From assembly GCA_016793775.1 (NCBI GenBank), contig JAEULK010000011.1, forward strand, positions 2,686 to 66,685: DNA of 64,000 nucleotides, in the 5' to 3' direction. This document shows, in pieces, positions 26,376 to 36,405 of the stretch. Positions within the stretch are counted from its first letter, which is position 1. Each line of letters starts with the position of its first letter. The notes beneath the pieces are model-generated. The model made no database searches. It saw only the letters and a program-made list of their open reading frames with translations, and was not told the origin of the DNA. A program made the position numbers and the translations under genes. Source of the DNA: Sphingopyxis sp. (GTDB lineage: Bacteria > Pseudomonadota > Alphaproteobacteria > Sphingomonadales > Sphingomonadaceae).

Positions 26376-27734
26376 GCTGTTCAGGCTGCGCCGGATCGCG
26401 GCGATTTCGGCGTCGAGTTCGCTGTCGCTGACGCGCAATGCCTCGACCGTGCGCACCGCGTGAATCACCGTCGAGTGATCGCGCCCGCCGAAGCGGCGCC
26501 CGATTTCGGGATAGGAGCGCGGCGTGAGTTCCTTCGCCAGATACATGGCGACCTGGCGCGGGCGCGCGATCGCGCGGACGCGGCGCTTGGACGCCATTTC
26601 CGATTTGTCGAGGCGATAATGGGCGCAGACCGCGCGCTGGATCTCGTCGATCGTGATGCGCGGGCGCGCGCTGCGGACATTTTCCGCCAGCCGGTCCTCG
26701 GCGAGCGCGAGGTCGAGCCGCGCGCCGGTGAGCGCCGCATAGGCGAGCAATTTGTTGAGCGCGCCTTCGAGTTCGCGGATGTTGCGGGTGAAATGCTTGA
26801 CCAGATAAGCGACGACGTCGTCCGGCACCTCGACCATCGGCATCGCGGCGAGCCGCTGACGGATGATGCGTTCGCGCAAATCGTCCTCGGGCGCCTCGAT
26901 ATCGGCGACGAGGCCGCCCGACAGCCGCGACAGCAGCCGCGCCTCGACCCCGTCGAGCATCGCCGGCGGGCGGTCGGCGGTGACCACCAGCCGCTTGCCC
27001 GCTGTCATCAGGTCGTCGATCGTGTGGAGCAATTCCTCCTGCGTCGAATTCTTGCCGATCACGAATTGCAGATCGTCGAGCAGCAGCAGGTCGGCGGCGC
27101 GCAGCCGCGCCTTGAACGCCATCATGTCGCCACCGCGCATCGCGCCGACGAATTCGAGCATGAACTTTTCGGCCGACATCAGGATGATGGTGGCGGTCGG
27201 GTGCGCTGCGGCATGGTCCTGCGCGATCGCCTGGAGCAGGTGCGTCTTGCCCTGGCCGGTGCCCGAGCAGAGGTAGAGCGGGTTGAACTGCGGCGCTTCG
27301 ATCATCGCCATACGGCGCGCGGCGTTGGCGGCGAGGATGTTGCTGCGCGCGACGACGAAGCGGTCGAACGACTGGCGCGGGTCGAAGCCGAGCAGCGCGG
27401 GGTTCGCGGCGGGCGCCGGCGGCGTCTCGAAAGCGGGCAGCGGCGGCTGCGCGAGGATCGCGGCGCGCTCGGCGCCCGCGCTGGCGCCGCGCACGCTGAC
27501 GCTGCGCACGGCGGGCAGATGCTGGCGCCAGGCGAGCTCGAGCCGGTCGCCGAAGCGTTCGTTGATCCAGTTGGCCGAGAAGCGGCTCGCGGCCTCGAGG
27601 GTGACGACGCCCGACAGGCTGCAATAGTCGGCGAAGCGCACCGGCTTCAGCCAATGGTCGAAGGTGCGCGCGCCGAGGTCGCGGCGGAGCCCTTCGGCCA
27701 CGCGCGGCCACAGCGTCGCGGCATCGCCGCTCAT
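26373..27734 (-). CDS. dnaA: Chromosomal replication initiator DnaA
   Basis: FNPLYL.SGTGQGKTHLL, LLLDDLQF, NIRELEGAL, RPRQVAMYL, FGGRDHSTVIHA; start may be slightly further upstream. Confidence 0.98.
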   Translation of the reverse strand: MSGDAATLWPRVAEGLRRDLGARTFDHWLKPVRFADYCSLSGVVTLEAASRFSANWINERFGDRLELAWRQHLPAVRSVSVRGASAGAERAAILAQPPLPAFETPPAPAANPALLGFDPRQSFDRFVVARSNILAANAARRMAMIEAPQFNPLYLCSGTGQGKTHLLQAIAQDHAAAHPTATIILMSAEKFMLEFVGAMRGGDMMAFKARLRAADLLLLDDLQFVIGKNSTQEELLHTIDDLMTAGKRLVVTADRPPAMLDGVEARLLSRLSGGLVADIEAPEDDLRERIIRQRLAAMPMVEVPDDVVAYLVKHFTRNIRELEGALNKLLAYAALTGARLDLALAEDRLAENVRSARPRITIDEIQRAVCAHYRLDKSEMASKRRVRAIARPRQVAMYLAKELTPRSYPEIGRRFGGRDHSTVIHAVRTVEALRVSDSELDAEIAAIRRSLNS

Positions 27735-28199
27735 CGCCGTTTCTCCGCCACGCTGGCCATAGCTCTCCCCGCTTGAAATCACGCCTGTCCCCCGCCTTGC
27801 TCGGTCATCGGTATGCCCCCCGGCATCGCCGCTGCCGCACAGCATCCCTCGCGCCCCGGTCGCAGGACGCAGCTTCCCGTTCCGCGCAAGCAGCGAAGGA
27901 CGGCGAATCATGTGATGTGGCGGCCAGCGGCGAAGGCCGATGACACCCCTGTCTAGGCAGGCGAGCGCGAGTCTATCAAGAGCGGCCCGTGTAAAAATAT
28001 TGAAATAAAAATCTTGACTCGCCAAGCATGCCGGATTCGCGCGAAATGGCATATTTTTCGTTATTTTTCAGCCATTTAATTGTGACAACCATGTCGGCAA
28101 GCAACGAATCGCGGTAAATCCGCGACTTACCGCGTTGCAACACTATTGCCATGGCGCTGTCACAAAAGCGGTCGCAAAGCGGCGTCCCGAAACGGGCAC

Positions 28200-28239
28200 A
28201 AAAAAGGACCCGCGGGCGGTGCGCCGACGGGTCCTTTTT
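28200..28239. terminator. Intrinsic terminator of rpsT
   Basis: AAAAAAGGACCCG...CGGGTCCTTTTT. Confidence 0.85.
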
Positions 28240-28274
28240 GCGTCTGACCGGCCAAAGGCCGAATCGACCGGCGA

Positions 28275-28538
28275 TCAGGCGATCGCGTTGACGCTCTTGG
28301 TCAGGCGCGAATATTTGCGCGCGACGGTATTCTTGTGGAGCACGCCCTTGGCGACACCGCGGGCCATTTCGGGCTGCGCGGCCTTCAGCGCGGCGGCGGC
28401 GGCATCCTTGTCACCGGCGGCGACGGCATTCTCGACCTTCTTGACCAGCGTGCGAATGCGCGAGACGCGATTCTTGTTCACGACGGTGCGCGCGGTGTTG
28501 CGGCGGATGCGCTTTTTTGCCTGGGGCGTGTTGGCCAT
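28275..28538 (-). CDS. rpsT: 30S ribosomal protein S20
   Basis: [12 protein letters not shown]...[16 protein letters not shown]. Confidence 0.98.
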   Translation of the reverse strand: MANTPQAKKRIRRNTARTVVNKNRVSRIRTLVKKVENAVAAGDKDAAAAALKAAQPEMARGVAKGVLHKNTVARKYSRLTKSVNAIA

Positions 28539-28736
28539 AAATTCCTCGGTTTTTCAAACGGTCAAAGTCGGTCGGAGCACAGCGTCACCGGAGCAGCCGA
28601 ATCGCGCGCAATGTGCGAATCAATGTCCGGATACGGCCGGTTCCGGAACACCGGACCCTGCTCGAAGGGTGCGCCCATAGCCAGCAAGGCCGCTTTGGTC
28701 AATGGGTTTGCGGCACATCTGCCGCATTATGCCGCA

Positions 28737-29549
28737 TCAACGCTGGCATTTGGGGCAATAGAAAGTCGAGCGGCCCGACTGGACGATGCGGGCGATCGGG
28801 CCGCCGCATTCGCACGCCTCGCCCTCGCGACCATAGACGCGCCAGTCCTTGGCGAAATAGCCGAGGTCGCCCTCGGGGCTCAGGAAATCGCGCAGGGTCG
28901 AACCGCCCGCAGCGATCGCGGCGGTGAGTACAGCCTTGATCGCGGGCACGAGCAGCGCGAGTTTCGCCTTCGACACGTCGGCGGCGGGCTTGGCGGGATG
29001 GATACGCGCCATGTTGAGCGCCTCGCACACATAGATGTTGCCGAGCCCCGCGACCACGGTCTGGTCGAGCAGCATCGCCTTGATCGGGGCGCGGCGACCG
29101 GCGAGCGCTTTGGCCAGATAGGCGGCGTCGAAAGCGTCCGACAAGGGTTCGGGGCCGAGCGTCACAAAGGCGGGGAAGGCGGTGAGCGGATCGCCCGCGA
29201 CGAGATCGACCGAGCCGAAGCGACGCGGGTCGTGCAGGAAGAGGCGGTGCCCCGATCCGGTTTCGAGCAGCAGATGGTCGTGTTTGCCCGCCTCGCCGCC
29301 CTCGGTCCGCCAACGCCCCGACATGCCGAGGTGGAAGATCATATGATCGTCGCGGTCGGTCGAGACGATGCCATATTTGGCACGCCGCGACAGGGCGATG
29401 ACCGTCGCGCCGGTCAGCCGCTGCGCGAGATCGGCGGGAAAGGCGCGGCGCAGGTCGGGGCGGAAGGTGATGACCGAGGTCAGGCGCTGCCCTTCGAGGA
29501 AGGGCGCGAGGCCGCGGACGGTGGTTTCGACTTCGGGTAACTCTGGCAT
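28737..29549 (-). CDS. mutM: Formamidopyrimidine-DNA glycosylase
   Basis: MPELPEVET, HLGMSG, DPRRFG, GLGNIY, C-terminal Zn finger. Confidence 0.98.
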   Translation of the reverse strand: MPELPEVETTVRGLAPFLEGQRLTSVITFRPDLRRAFPADLAQRLTGATVIALSRRAKYGIVSTDRDDHMIFHLGMSGRWRTEGGEAGKHDHLLLETGSGHRLFLHDPRRFGSVDLVAGDPLTAFPAFVTLGPEPLSDAFDAAYLAKALAGRRAPIKAMLLDQTVVAGLGNIYVCEALNMARIHPAKPAADVSKAKLALLVPAIKAVLTAAIAAGGSTLRDFLSPEGDLGYFAKDWRVYGREGEACECGGPIARIVQSGRSTFYCPKCQR

Positions 29550-29643
29550 CAGGCTTCAGCCGCTACGCGCCATTTGCGCGGGCGGCAAGGCCCCGCTAAA
29601 GGCCGGTCAGACTTCGGCATCTCCCCCGCAAAGGCGCGACCCC

Positions 29644-30381
29644 ATGACCACCCCCGACACCGTCAGCTTCGGCTATGAGCAGGTCCCCGCGGGCGACAAG
29701 ACCGCGATGGTCGGCGAGGTGTTCAGCCGCGTCGCGCGCAAATATGACATCATGAACGATGCGATGTCGGGGGGCCTGCACCGGCTGTGGAAGGACCGCT
29801 TCGTGCGCCGCGTCAAGCCGCGCGCCGGCGAGGCGATCCTCGACATGGCGGGCGGCACCGGCGACATCGCGTTCCGCATGGAAAAGTCGGGCGCGAGCAT
29901 CACCGTCGCCGACATCAACCCCGACATGCTGGGCGTCGGCGTCGAGCGGGCGGCGGAGCGCGGTATCGACACCTTGGTATGGTCCGAACAGAATGCCGAG
30001 AAGCTCAGCTTCCCCGGCCAGTTTTTCGACGCCTATACGATCGCCTTCGGCATCCGCAACGTCACCGATATCCCGGCGGCGCTGAAAGAAGCGCATCGCG
30101 TGCTGCGCTATGGCGGGCGTTTCTTCTGCCTCGAATTTTCGACCAACGAATGGCCGGGCTTCGCCCAGGCCTATGACGCTTATTCGCACCACCTCGTCCC
30201 CAAGCTCGGCAAGCTGATCGCCGACGACGAGGACAGCTATCGCTATCTGATCGAATCGATCCGCCGCTTTCCGCCGATGCCCGAATTCGCGAAGATGATC
30301 GGCGCGGCGGGCTTCACCGCGGTGAAGGTCGAGCCGATCATGGGCGGGCTGGTCGCGATCCACAGCGGGTGGAAGGCGTGA
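29644..30381 (+). CDS. ubiE: Ubiquinone/menaquinone C-methyltransferase
   Basis: VARKYDIMNDAMSGGLHRLWK, LDMAGGTGDIA, AFGIRNVT. Confidence 0.96.
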   Translation: MTTPDTVSFGYEQVPAGDKTAMVGEVFSRVARKYDIMNDAMSGGLHRLWKDRFVRRVKPRAGEAILDMAGGTGDIAFRMEKSGASITVADINPDMLGVGVERAAERGIDTLVWSEQNAEKLSFPGQFFDAYTIAFGIRNVTDIPAALKEAHRVLRYGGRFFCLEFSTNEWPGFAQAYDAYSHHLVPKLGKLIADDEDSYRYLIESIRRFPPMPEFAKMIGAAGFTAVKVEPIMGGLVAIHSGWKA

Positions 30382-30397
30382 GCGAAAGGCATTTCTA

Positions 30398-30533
30398 CCC
30401 CCTCCCGCAAGCGGGAGGGGCAGCGAGACTTACGAACTTGTTCGTTAGTCGCAGCGGGGTGGGCAAGCCCGCAGCGTCGGATGCTCGCCGCGCTCGCGCC
30501 CACCCCCAACCCCTCCCGCCTGCGGGAGGGGAG
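30398..30533. repeat. Palindromic repeat, family A (longer variant)
   Basis: CCCCTCCCGCAAGCGGGAGGGG ... CCCCTCCCGCCTGCGGGAGGGG with an internal hairpin. Confidence 0.88.
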
Positions 30534-30538
30534 ACAGA

Positions 30539-32083
30539 ATGACCCGTCCGATCGTCCATATTGCCCGCCTGCTGAAATGGGGCCGCATTCTCGCGCGCCA
30601 CGGGGCGCTGCGCGGGATCGAGAGAGCACCTCAGACGCCGATCATCGTCAAAAGGCTGTGCCGCATCGCGCGCTTCGGGACCTCGCAGCCGGTCGTGCCC
30701 GACTATGCCGCGGCCTTTCAGGCGATCGGCCCCGCGGCGGTGAAGCTGGGCCAGACGCTCGCGACGCGCCCCGACCTGGTCGGCGAGGAGGCGGCGCGCA
30801 ACCTGCTGACCTTGCAGGACGCGCTGGCACCGGTAGCATTCGAGCGCATCCGCCAAGAAATCGAGTTCACCTTCGAGGTGCCGCTGGAAACGCTGTACAG
30901 CGACTTCGATCCTGTTCCGGTCGGATCGGCGTCGATCGCGCAGGTCCACCGCGCGGTGACGACCGACGGGCGCACCGTAGCGGTCAAAGTCCGCCGCCCC
31001 GGCATCGACAAGCAATTCGCGCGCGACATCGACACCTATGAATGGGCGGCGGCGCATCTCGAAGCCTTTGGCGGCGAGGCGACGCGGTTGCGCCCGCGCG
31101 AGGTGATCGCCAATTTCCGCCGCTGGACCTTGCGCGAACTGGATTTGCGGCGCGAGGCGGCGTCGGCATCGGAGCTGGCCGATGCGATGGCGGCGGTGCC
31201 GCATTATGAGGTGCCCGCGATCGATTGGGACCGCACTGCCAGCCGCGTGATGACGATGAGCTGGATCGACGGGATCAAGATCTCGCACCGCGACAGACTG
31301 GTCGCCGCGGGGCACGACATGGAGGCTTTGTCGGCGAACCTCGTCAACGCCTTCCTGCGCCAGGCGATCGCCGAGGGTTTCTTCCACGCCGACATGCACC
31401 AGGGCAATTTGTTCGTGAAGGCCGACGGCACGATCGCCGCCGTGGACTTTGGCATCATGGGGCGGATCAACCGGCAGGCGCGCTACTGGCTCGCCGAGAT
31501 CCTCTATGGCCTGACCACGGGCAATTACCGCCGCGTTGCCGAAATCCATTTCGAGGCGCAATATGTGCCCGACTATCACAATGTCGAGGAATTCGCGACG
31601 GCGCTGCGCGCGGTGGGCGAGCCGATGCGCGGCAAACCGGTGAGCGAACTCAGCGTCGGCCAGATGCTCGACGGGCTGTTCGCGATCACGCGCGATTTCG
31701 ACATGCAGACCCAGCCGCATCTTTTGCTGTTGCAAAAGACGATGGTGATGGTCGAGGGCGTCGCGACGATGCTGAATCCCAGGATCAACATGTGGGACGT
31801 GTCGGGGCCGTTCGTCAGCGAATGGATCCGCGACGAGCTTGGACCCGAGGCGGCGCTCGCCGACGGCCTGCGCCAGCAGGGCAAGACGTTGGCGTTGATC
31901 CCCGACATCATCCGGCGGTTGGACGAGCAATTGCCGAAGAAGGGCGCCGCGCCGCCGGCGCCGCCGCTGCCGGAGATTTCACTGATTATCGGCAATGGCG
32001 CGCGATCGATGTGGTGGCGATATGCGCTGACGGCACTGGTGGGCGCGGCCGCTGGCGCAGCGGCGCTGAACTGGCTTGCTTGA
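30539..32083 (+). CDS. ubiB: UbiB atypical kinase (ubiquinone biosynthesis)
   Basis: VKLGQTLATRPD, ASIAQVH, VAVKVRRP, FHADMHQGN, DFGIMG. Confidence 0.96.
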   Translation: MTRPIVHIARLLKWGRILARHGALRGIERAPQTPIIVKRLCRIARFGTSQPVVPDYAAAFQAIGPAAVKLGQTLATRPDLVGEEAARNLLTLQDALAPVAFERIRQEIEFTFEVPLETLYSDFDPVPVGSASIAQVHRAVTTDGRTVAVKVRRPGIDKQFARDIDTYEWAAAHLEAFGGEATRLRPREVIANFRRWTLRELDLRREAASASELADAMAAVPHYEVPAIDWDRTASRVMTMSWIDGIKISHRDRLVAAGHDMEALSANLVNAFLRQAIAEGFFHADMHQGNLFVKADGTIAAVDFGIMGRINRQARYWLAEILYGLTTGNYRRVAEIHFEAQYVPDYHNVEEFATALRAVGEPMRGKPVSELSVGQMLDGLFAITRDFDMQTQPHLLLLQKTMVMVEGVATMLNPRINMWDVSGPFVSEWIRDELGPEAALADGLRQQGKTLALIPDIIRRLDEQLPKKGAAPPAPPLPEISLIIGNGARSMWWRYALTALVGAAAGAAALNWLA

Positions 32084-32096
32084 ACCGACTCTCTAA

Positions 32097-32115
32097 TGCG
32101 CATAATATATGCGCA
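32097..32115. promoter_or_regulatory. Putative CcdA operator
   Basis: TGCGCATA-ATA-TATGCGCA inverted repeat just before the SD AGGAG. Confidence 0.65.
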
Positions 32116-32127
32116 AGGAGAATGGCG

Positions 32128-32373
32128 ATGAACCGTCCGGCGCGATTCGAGGGACCCAAGAAGCCGACCAATGTGTCGCTCAGTGCCGAACTGGTCGAAG
32201 AGGCAAAGCGCCTCGGCATCAACGTCAGCGAAGCGTGCCAGTCGGGGCTAGCGGCCGAGGTCAAGAAGGCGCGCGAGGCGGCGTGGAGGGAAGAGAATCG
32301 GGCCGCGATCGAAAGCTGGAACGATTATACGCGCAGGAACGGGCTGCCGCTTGCCAAATACCGGCGGTTCTGA
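32128..32373 (+). CDS. ccdA: CcdA-family antitoxin
   Basis: KKPTNVSL...AKRLGINVSEAC...WREENRAAIESWN...NGLPLAKYRRF. Confidence 0.92.
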   Translation: MNRPARFEGPKKPTNVSLSAELVEEAKRLGINVSEACQSGLAAEVKKAREAAWREENRAAIESWNDYTRRNGLPLAKYRRF

Positions 32374-32669
32374 TGGCGCAGTTCGACGTGCATGAAGGTC
32401 GGGTCGGCAAGGAGCTTTTGCTCGATTGCCAGAGCGACCTGCTCGATCATTTCGACACGCGCCTGGTCGTTCCGCTGGTTCCGACCCAGACGGCGCAGAC
32501 CTTGCCACGATTGCACCCGACTTTCGAGATTGCAGGCACACCGCATATCATGGCAACCCAACTCGCCTCGGCGGTCGGCGTCGAGGAACTCGGCCCGACG
32601 GTGGCTTCGCTTGCCGATCGGCGCTATGATATATTGAACGCGCTCGACATACTGATCACGGGGTTTTGA
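32373..32669 (+). CDS. ccdB: CcdB-family toxin
   Basis: MAQFDV...LLDCQSDLLDHFDTRLVVPL...RLHPTF...ALDILITGF; TGATG coupling to the antitoxin. Confidence 0.9.
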   Translation: MAQFDVHEGRVGKELLLDCQSDLLDHFDTRLVVPLVPTQTAQTLPRLHPTFEIAGTPHIMATQLASAVGVEELGPTVASLADRRYDILNALDILITGF

Positions 32670-32673
32670 GACC

Positions 32674-33930
32674 ATGACCAAGCCCCGCATCCTCCTTATC
32701 ATCGGCGGCGGGATTGCCGCGTACAAGAGCATCGAGCTCGTCCGGCTGCTGCGCAAGGCGGGCTATGTTGTGCGCTGCGTCATCACGCGCGCGGGCGAGC
32801 AGTTCGTGACGCCGCTGACGCTCGCGGCGCTGAGCGAGAACAAGGTCTATACCAGCCTCTTCGACCTCAAGGACGAGGTCGAGATGGGGCATATCCAGCT
32901 GAGCCGCGAGGCCGACCTGGTCGTCGTCGCGCCGGCCACCGCCGACCTGATGGCGAAAATGGCGAACGGGATCGCCGACGATCTGGCGACCACCTTGCTG
33001 CTTGCGACCGACAAGCCGGTGCTCGCGGCGCCCGCGATGAATGTGCGCATGTGGCTGCACGCCGCGACGCGGCGCAATGTCGCGACCTTGCGCGGCGACG
33101 GCGTGACCGTGATGGCGCCCGACGAGGGCGAGATGGCGTGCGGCGAATATGGGCCGGGGCGGCTGCCCGAGCCGGCCGCGATCTTCGATGCGATCAAGGA
33201 TGCGCTCGCCAAGGCGCCCGCGCCATCGCTCCTGGTCGGCCAGCCCGACTTTGCGCCCGCCAACCACCGCCCGATGCACGGGCGCCGCATCCTCATCACC
33301 GCGGGGCCGACGCACGAGCCCATCGACCCGGTGCGCTATATCGCCAACCGCTCGAGCGGGAAGCAGGGCTTTGCGATCGCCGCCGCCGCCGCCGAGGCCG
33401 GCGCCGAGGTGCTGCTGATTGCCGGCCCCGTGCCGCTGCCGACCCCGCCCGGGGTAATTCGCGTCGACGTGGAAACCGCGCGCGAGATGGCGGCCGAGGT
33501 CGCGGCGGGCCTGCCCGTCGATGCCGCGATCATGGTCGCCGCGGTCGCCGACTGGCGCGCCGCCGACACATCGGCGCAGAAGATCAAGAAGGATGGCAGC
33601 GGCCAAGTGCCGCCGCTCGCGCTCGCCGAAAATCCCGACATCCTCGTCGGCGTCGCGAAAAGTGTGCAGCGCCCGCCGCTGCTGATCGGCTTTGCCGCCG
33701 AGACCAATGATGTGCTCGCGCATGCGCGGGCGAAGCTGGCGCGCAAGGGGTGCGACTGGATCGTCGCCAACGATGTCGCCGCCGACCCGATGGGGGGCGA
33801 GACGAATCGGGTACATATCGTTAGCAAAGACGGCGTAGACAGCTGGGATCGGCTGCCCAAACAGGCCGTCGCCCGCAAATTGATGGAAAAGATCGCCGAT
33901 GAGCTCGATGCGCGTGTCCCCCCAGAATAG
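32674..33930 (+). CDS. coaBC: Bifunctional PPC decarboxylase/synthetase
   Basis: [52 protein letters not shown]. Confidence 0.98.
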   Translation: MTKPRILLIIGGGIAAYKSIELVRLLRKAGYVVRCVITRAGEQFVTPLTLAALSENKVYTSLFDLKDEVEMGHIQLSREADLVVVAPATADLMAKMANGIADDLATTLLLATDKPVLAAPAMNVRMWLHAATRRNVATLRGDGVTVMAPDEGEMACGEYGPGRLPEPAAIFDAIKDALAKAPAPSLLVGQPDFAPANHRPMHGRRILITAGPTHEPIDPVRYIANRSSGKQGFAIAAAAAEAGAEVLLIAGPVPLPTPPGVIRVDVETAREMAAEVAAGLPVDAAIMVAAVADWRAADTSAQKIKKDGSGQVPPLALAENPDILVGVAKSVQRPPLLIGFAAETNDVLAHARAKLARKGCDWIVANDVAADPMGGETNRVHIVSKDGVDSWDRLPKQAVARKLMEKIADELDARVPPE

Positions 33931-34477
33931 TCCGGCAAGTCCGATTGAAATCCGGATCCAGCGCCTGCCCAATGGCGGCGGCCTGCCGCTGCCCGCCTAT
34001 GCGTCGGACGGTGCGGCGGGGATGGATGTGGTCGCGGCCGAATCGCTGACGATCCGCCCCGGCACGCGCCACGCGGTCGCGACGGGCTTCGCGATGGCGA
34101 TCCCGCCGGGTTACGAGGTGCAGGTGCGCCCACGCTCCGGCCTCGCGCTCAAGCATGGCATCACCTGCCTCAACACGCCGGGCACGATCGACAGCGACTA
34201 TCGCGGCGAGGTGAAGGTGATCCTCGCCAACCTCGGCGACGACAATTTCGAGATCAAGCGCGGCGACCGCATCGCGCAGCTGGTGCCCGCGCCGGTGCAG
34301 CGCGCGAGCTTTGCCGAGGTCGAGACGCTGGACGACACCGCGCGCGGAGCGGGCGGCTTCGGCTCGACCGGGGTGACGAGCGCAAGCGGCGACGGTGAGG
34401 ACGAGCCGGTCGACGACAATGTCCCCGACAATGTCGGCTCGCTGTCCGGGATCAAGCTGCGGCGGCCGGGGGAGTAA
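33899..34477 (+). CDS. dut: dUTP diphosphatase with acidic C-terminal extension (start uncertain, possibly GTG at 33914)
   Basis: [38 protein letters not shown]. Confidence 0.96.
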   Translation: MSSMRVSPQNSPASPIEIRIQRLPNGGGLPLPAYASDGAAGMDVVAAESLTIRPGTRHAVATGFAMAIPPGYEVQVRPRSGLALKHGITCLNTPGTIDSDYRGEVKVILANLGDDNFEIKRGDRIAQLVPAPVQRASFAEVETLDDTARGAGGFGSTGVTSASGDGEDEPVDDNVPDNVGSLSGIKLRRPGE

Positions 34478-35227
34478 TTGCTCTTAGACGCGGAACTCGA
34501 CCGCTATGCCCGCCAGATCGTCCTGCCGCAGTTCGGCGGCGCGGGGCAGGCCAGGCTGAAGGCGGCGCATGTCGCGGTGATCGGCGCGGGCGGGATCGGC
34601 TGTCCGGCGATCACCTATCTGGCGGCGGCGGGCGTGGGCCGGCTGACGATCGTGGATCACGACCATGTCGAATTGTCGAATTTGCAGCGCCAGCCCTTGT
34701 TTACCGATGCCGATATCGGCGCGGCCAAGGCCGAGGTCGCGGCGGCGGCGACGCGGCGGATCAATCCGCATGTCGAAGCGGTGCCGGTGGTGCAGCGGAT
34801 CGACGGCGGCAATGCGGCGACGGTGCTGGCGGGCGCGAGCCTGATCCTCGACGGGTGCGACAATTTCGATACGCGGCTCGCGGTCAATGCTGCTGCGGTG
34901 GCGCTGCACATCCCTTTGCTCTCCGCCGCGATCGGGGCGTTCGAGGGGCAGGTCGCACTGTATGAGGGGTGGCGCGCCGATGCCCCCTGCTACCAGTGCC
35001 TCGTCGGCGCCGATCCCGACCGCGAGGGGATCAATTGCGCCGAGACCGGGGTGATGGGCGCGCTGGCCGGCATGGTCGGGACGATGGCGGCGCTGGAAGC
35101 CGTGCGCGCGCTGACCGGCTGGGGATCGGGCCTGACGGGGCGGCTGGCGATCATCGACATGCTCGACCGGCGCTGGCGCGAGGTCGGCATTGCCAAGGAC
35201 CCGGGGTGCCCGACATGCCAAGCCTGA
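34478..35227 (+). CDS. MoeB/ThiF family adenylyltransferase
   Basis: RYARQIVL, GAGGIG, DHDHVELSNLQRQ, DGCDNFDTR, CYQC...CPTC. Confidence 0.92.
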   Translation: MLLDAELDRYARQIVLPQFGGAGQARLKAAHVAVIGAGGIGCPAITYLAAAGVGRLTIVDHDHVELSNLQRQPLFTDADIGAAKAEVAAAATRRINPHVEAVPVVQRIDGGNAATVLAGASLILDGCDNFDTRLAVNAAAVALHIPLLSAAIGAFEGQVALYEGWRADAPCYQCLVGADPDREGINCAETGVMGALAGMVGTMAALEAVRALTGWGSGLTGRLAIIDMLDRRWREVGIAKDPGCPTCQA

Positions 35228-35580
35228 ACATCATCGTCGCGGGCGCCGACGGGCAACGGCTCTATGGCGCGATCGAAACCGCGATGGCGGCGGCGGCGCT
35301 GGGATCGACGGCGCGGATATTCCTGCAGGGCGAGGCGGTCGGCTTGCTCCGCGAGCCCGTGTCGGCCGCGGGCGACATGGCGCGCAAGGCGGCGGGGCTG
35401 CCCGAACTCGCCTGGATGATCGGCGAAGCGGCGGCGATGGAGGTCGGCCTGTTCGTGTGCCAGACGGGCATGGCGCTGGTCGGGCTGACCGCGGCGGACA
35501 TGGCGCCGCAGGTGCGGTCGGCGGGGTTGGTCAGTTTCCTGCGCGACGTCGGCGATGAGGATCGGTTGGTGGTCTATTGA
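35215..35580 (+). CDS. DsrE/DsrF-like small protein
   Basis: AAALG...IFLQGEAV...LFVCQTGM; overlaps the MoeB stop. Confidence 0.7.
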   Translation: MPSLNIIVAGADGQRLYGAIETAMAAAALGSTARIFLQGEAVGLLREPVSAAGDMARKAAGLPELAWMIGEAAAMEVGLFVCQTGMALVGLTAADMAPQVRSAGLVSFLRDVGDEDRLVVY

Positions 35581-35584
35581 CCAT

Positions 35585-35674
35585 CGCCGCCCCCGCGAAG
35601 GCGGGGGCCGCCGCCCGTTTACGCAGCGGCAAAGAACAAGGCCGCCAACGGCCCCCGCCTTCGCGGGGGCGGCG
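35585..35674. repeat. Palindromic repeat, family B
   Basis: CGCCGCCCCCGCGAAGGCGGGGGCC ... GGCCCCCGCCTTCGCGGGGGCGGCG. Confidence 0.9.
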
Positions 35675-35679
35675 GGGAC

Positions 35680-36405
35680 TCACGGATTCTCGCAGACCTT
35701 GATATCTTCGGGCTTGGGCTGTTTGCCCTGGGGCACGAAGCGCGCGAGGTAGCCGCCGGCGTGCTGCTTGTCGTCGTAGGACAGCAATTTATACCCCACC
35801 GCCTGGAACTCGCAGACGAGCAGGCGGAACGGCGTGCCATGGTCGGCGATCGGGCGGTCACCATCGACGACGAGCACCTGCCCGCCCTTGCGCAGCGCCG
35901 GACGCAGCCGCCACAGGAAGGCGTAAGGCTCGCCGATCTCGTGATACATATGGACCATGAAGACGCGGTCGAAGCTGGCGGCGGGAAGCCGCGGATCGTC
36001 GACCGCGCCGAGTTTCACCGAGACATTGTCGAGCCGTTCGCGCGTGACGCGGTCGGCGAGGCGCTCGATCACCTCGGGCATGATGTCCTGCGCGAGCACG
36101 CGCCCGCCGGCGCCGACGCGCTGCGCGAGGCGGACGGTATAATAGCCGTCGCCCGCGCCGATATCGGCGACGGTCATGCCCGGGCGGACGTCGGCGGAGT
36201 CCATGACATCCTCGGCCTCGTTCAGCCGGTCGCGCGCTTCCTCGGTCGACCATTTGGTCGAGACGGTCGGCGCGACGGGGCGGTCGGCGGGCGGGAAGTC
36301 GCGCGCGGTTTCGGCGCGGTCGCCCTCGCCGCTCCACGGCGCGTCGCAGCCCGACAGCAGCGGCAGAGCCGCCAACGCAAGGAGGATCGCCGCGCGGGTC
36401 ATCAA
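35680..36405 (-). CDS. Class I SAM-dependent methyltransferase, lipoprotein signal
   Basis: LSGC lipobox; VADIGAGDGYY; MYHEI. Confidence 0.88.
   Translation of the reverse strand: MMTRAAILLALAALPLLSGCDAPWSGEGDRAETARDFPPADRPVAPTVSTKWSTEEARDRLNEAEDVMDSADVRPGMTVADIGAGDGYYTVRLAQRVGAGGRVLAQDIMPEVIERLADRVTRERLDNVSVKLGAVDDPRLPAASFDRVFMVHMYHEIGEPYAFLWRLRPALRKGGQVLVVDGDRPIADHGTPFRLLVCEFQAVGYKLLSYDDKQHAGGYLARFVPQGKQPKPEDIKVCENP

Noticed and set aside
27735-28052. 559-aa DnaA with long N-terminus
   Set aside because: The extension crosses the AT-rich promoter region; domain I homology begins near 27734.
27980-28140. AT-rich dnaA-rpsT gap as oriC
   Set aside because: No convincing DnaA boxes seen there; better explained as the dnaA promoter. 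Genome-wide skew would be needed.
31225-32127. 382-aa ORF ending in CcdA
   Set aside because: The upstream part is an off-frame overlap of ubiB; CcdA has its own SD and ATG.
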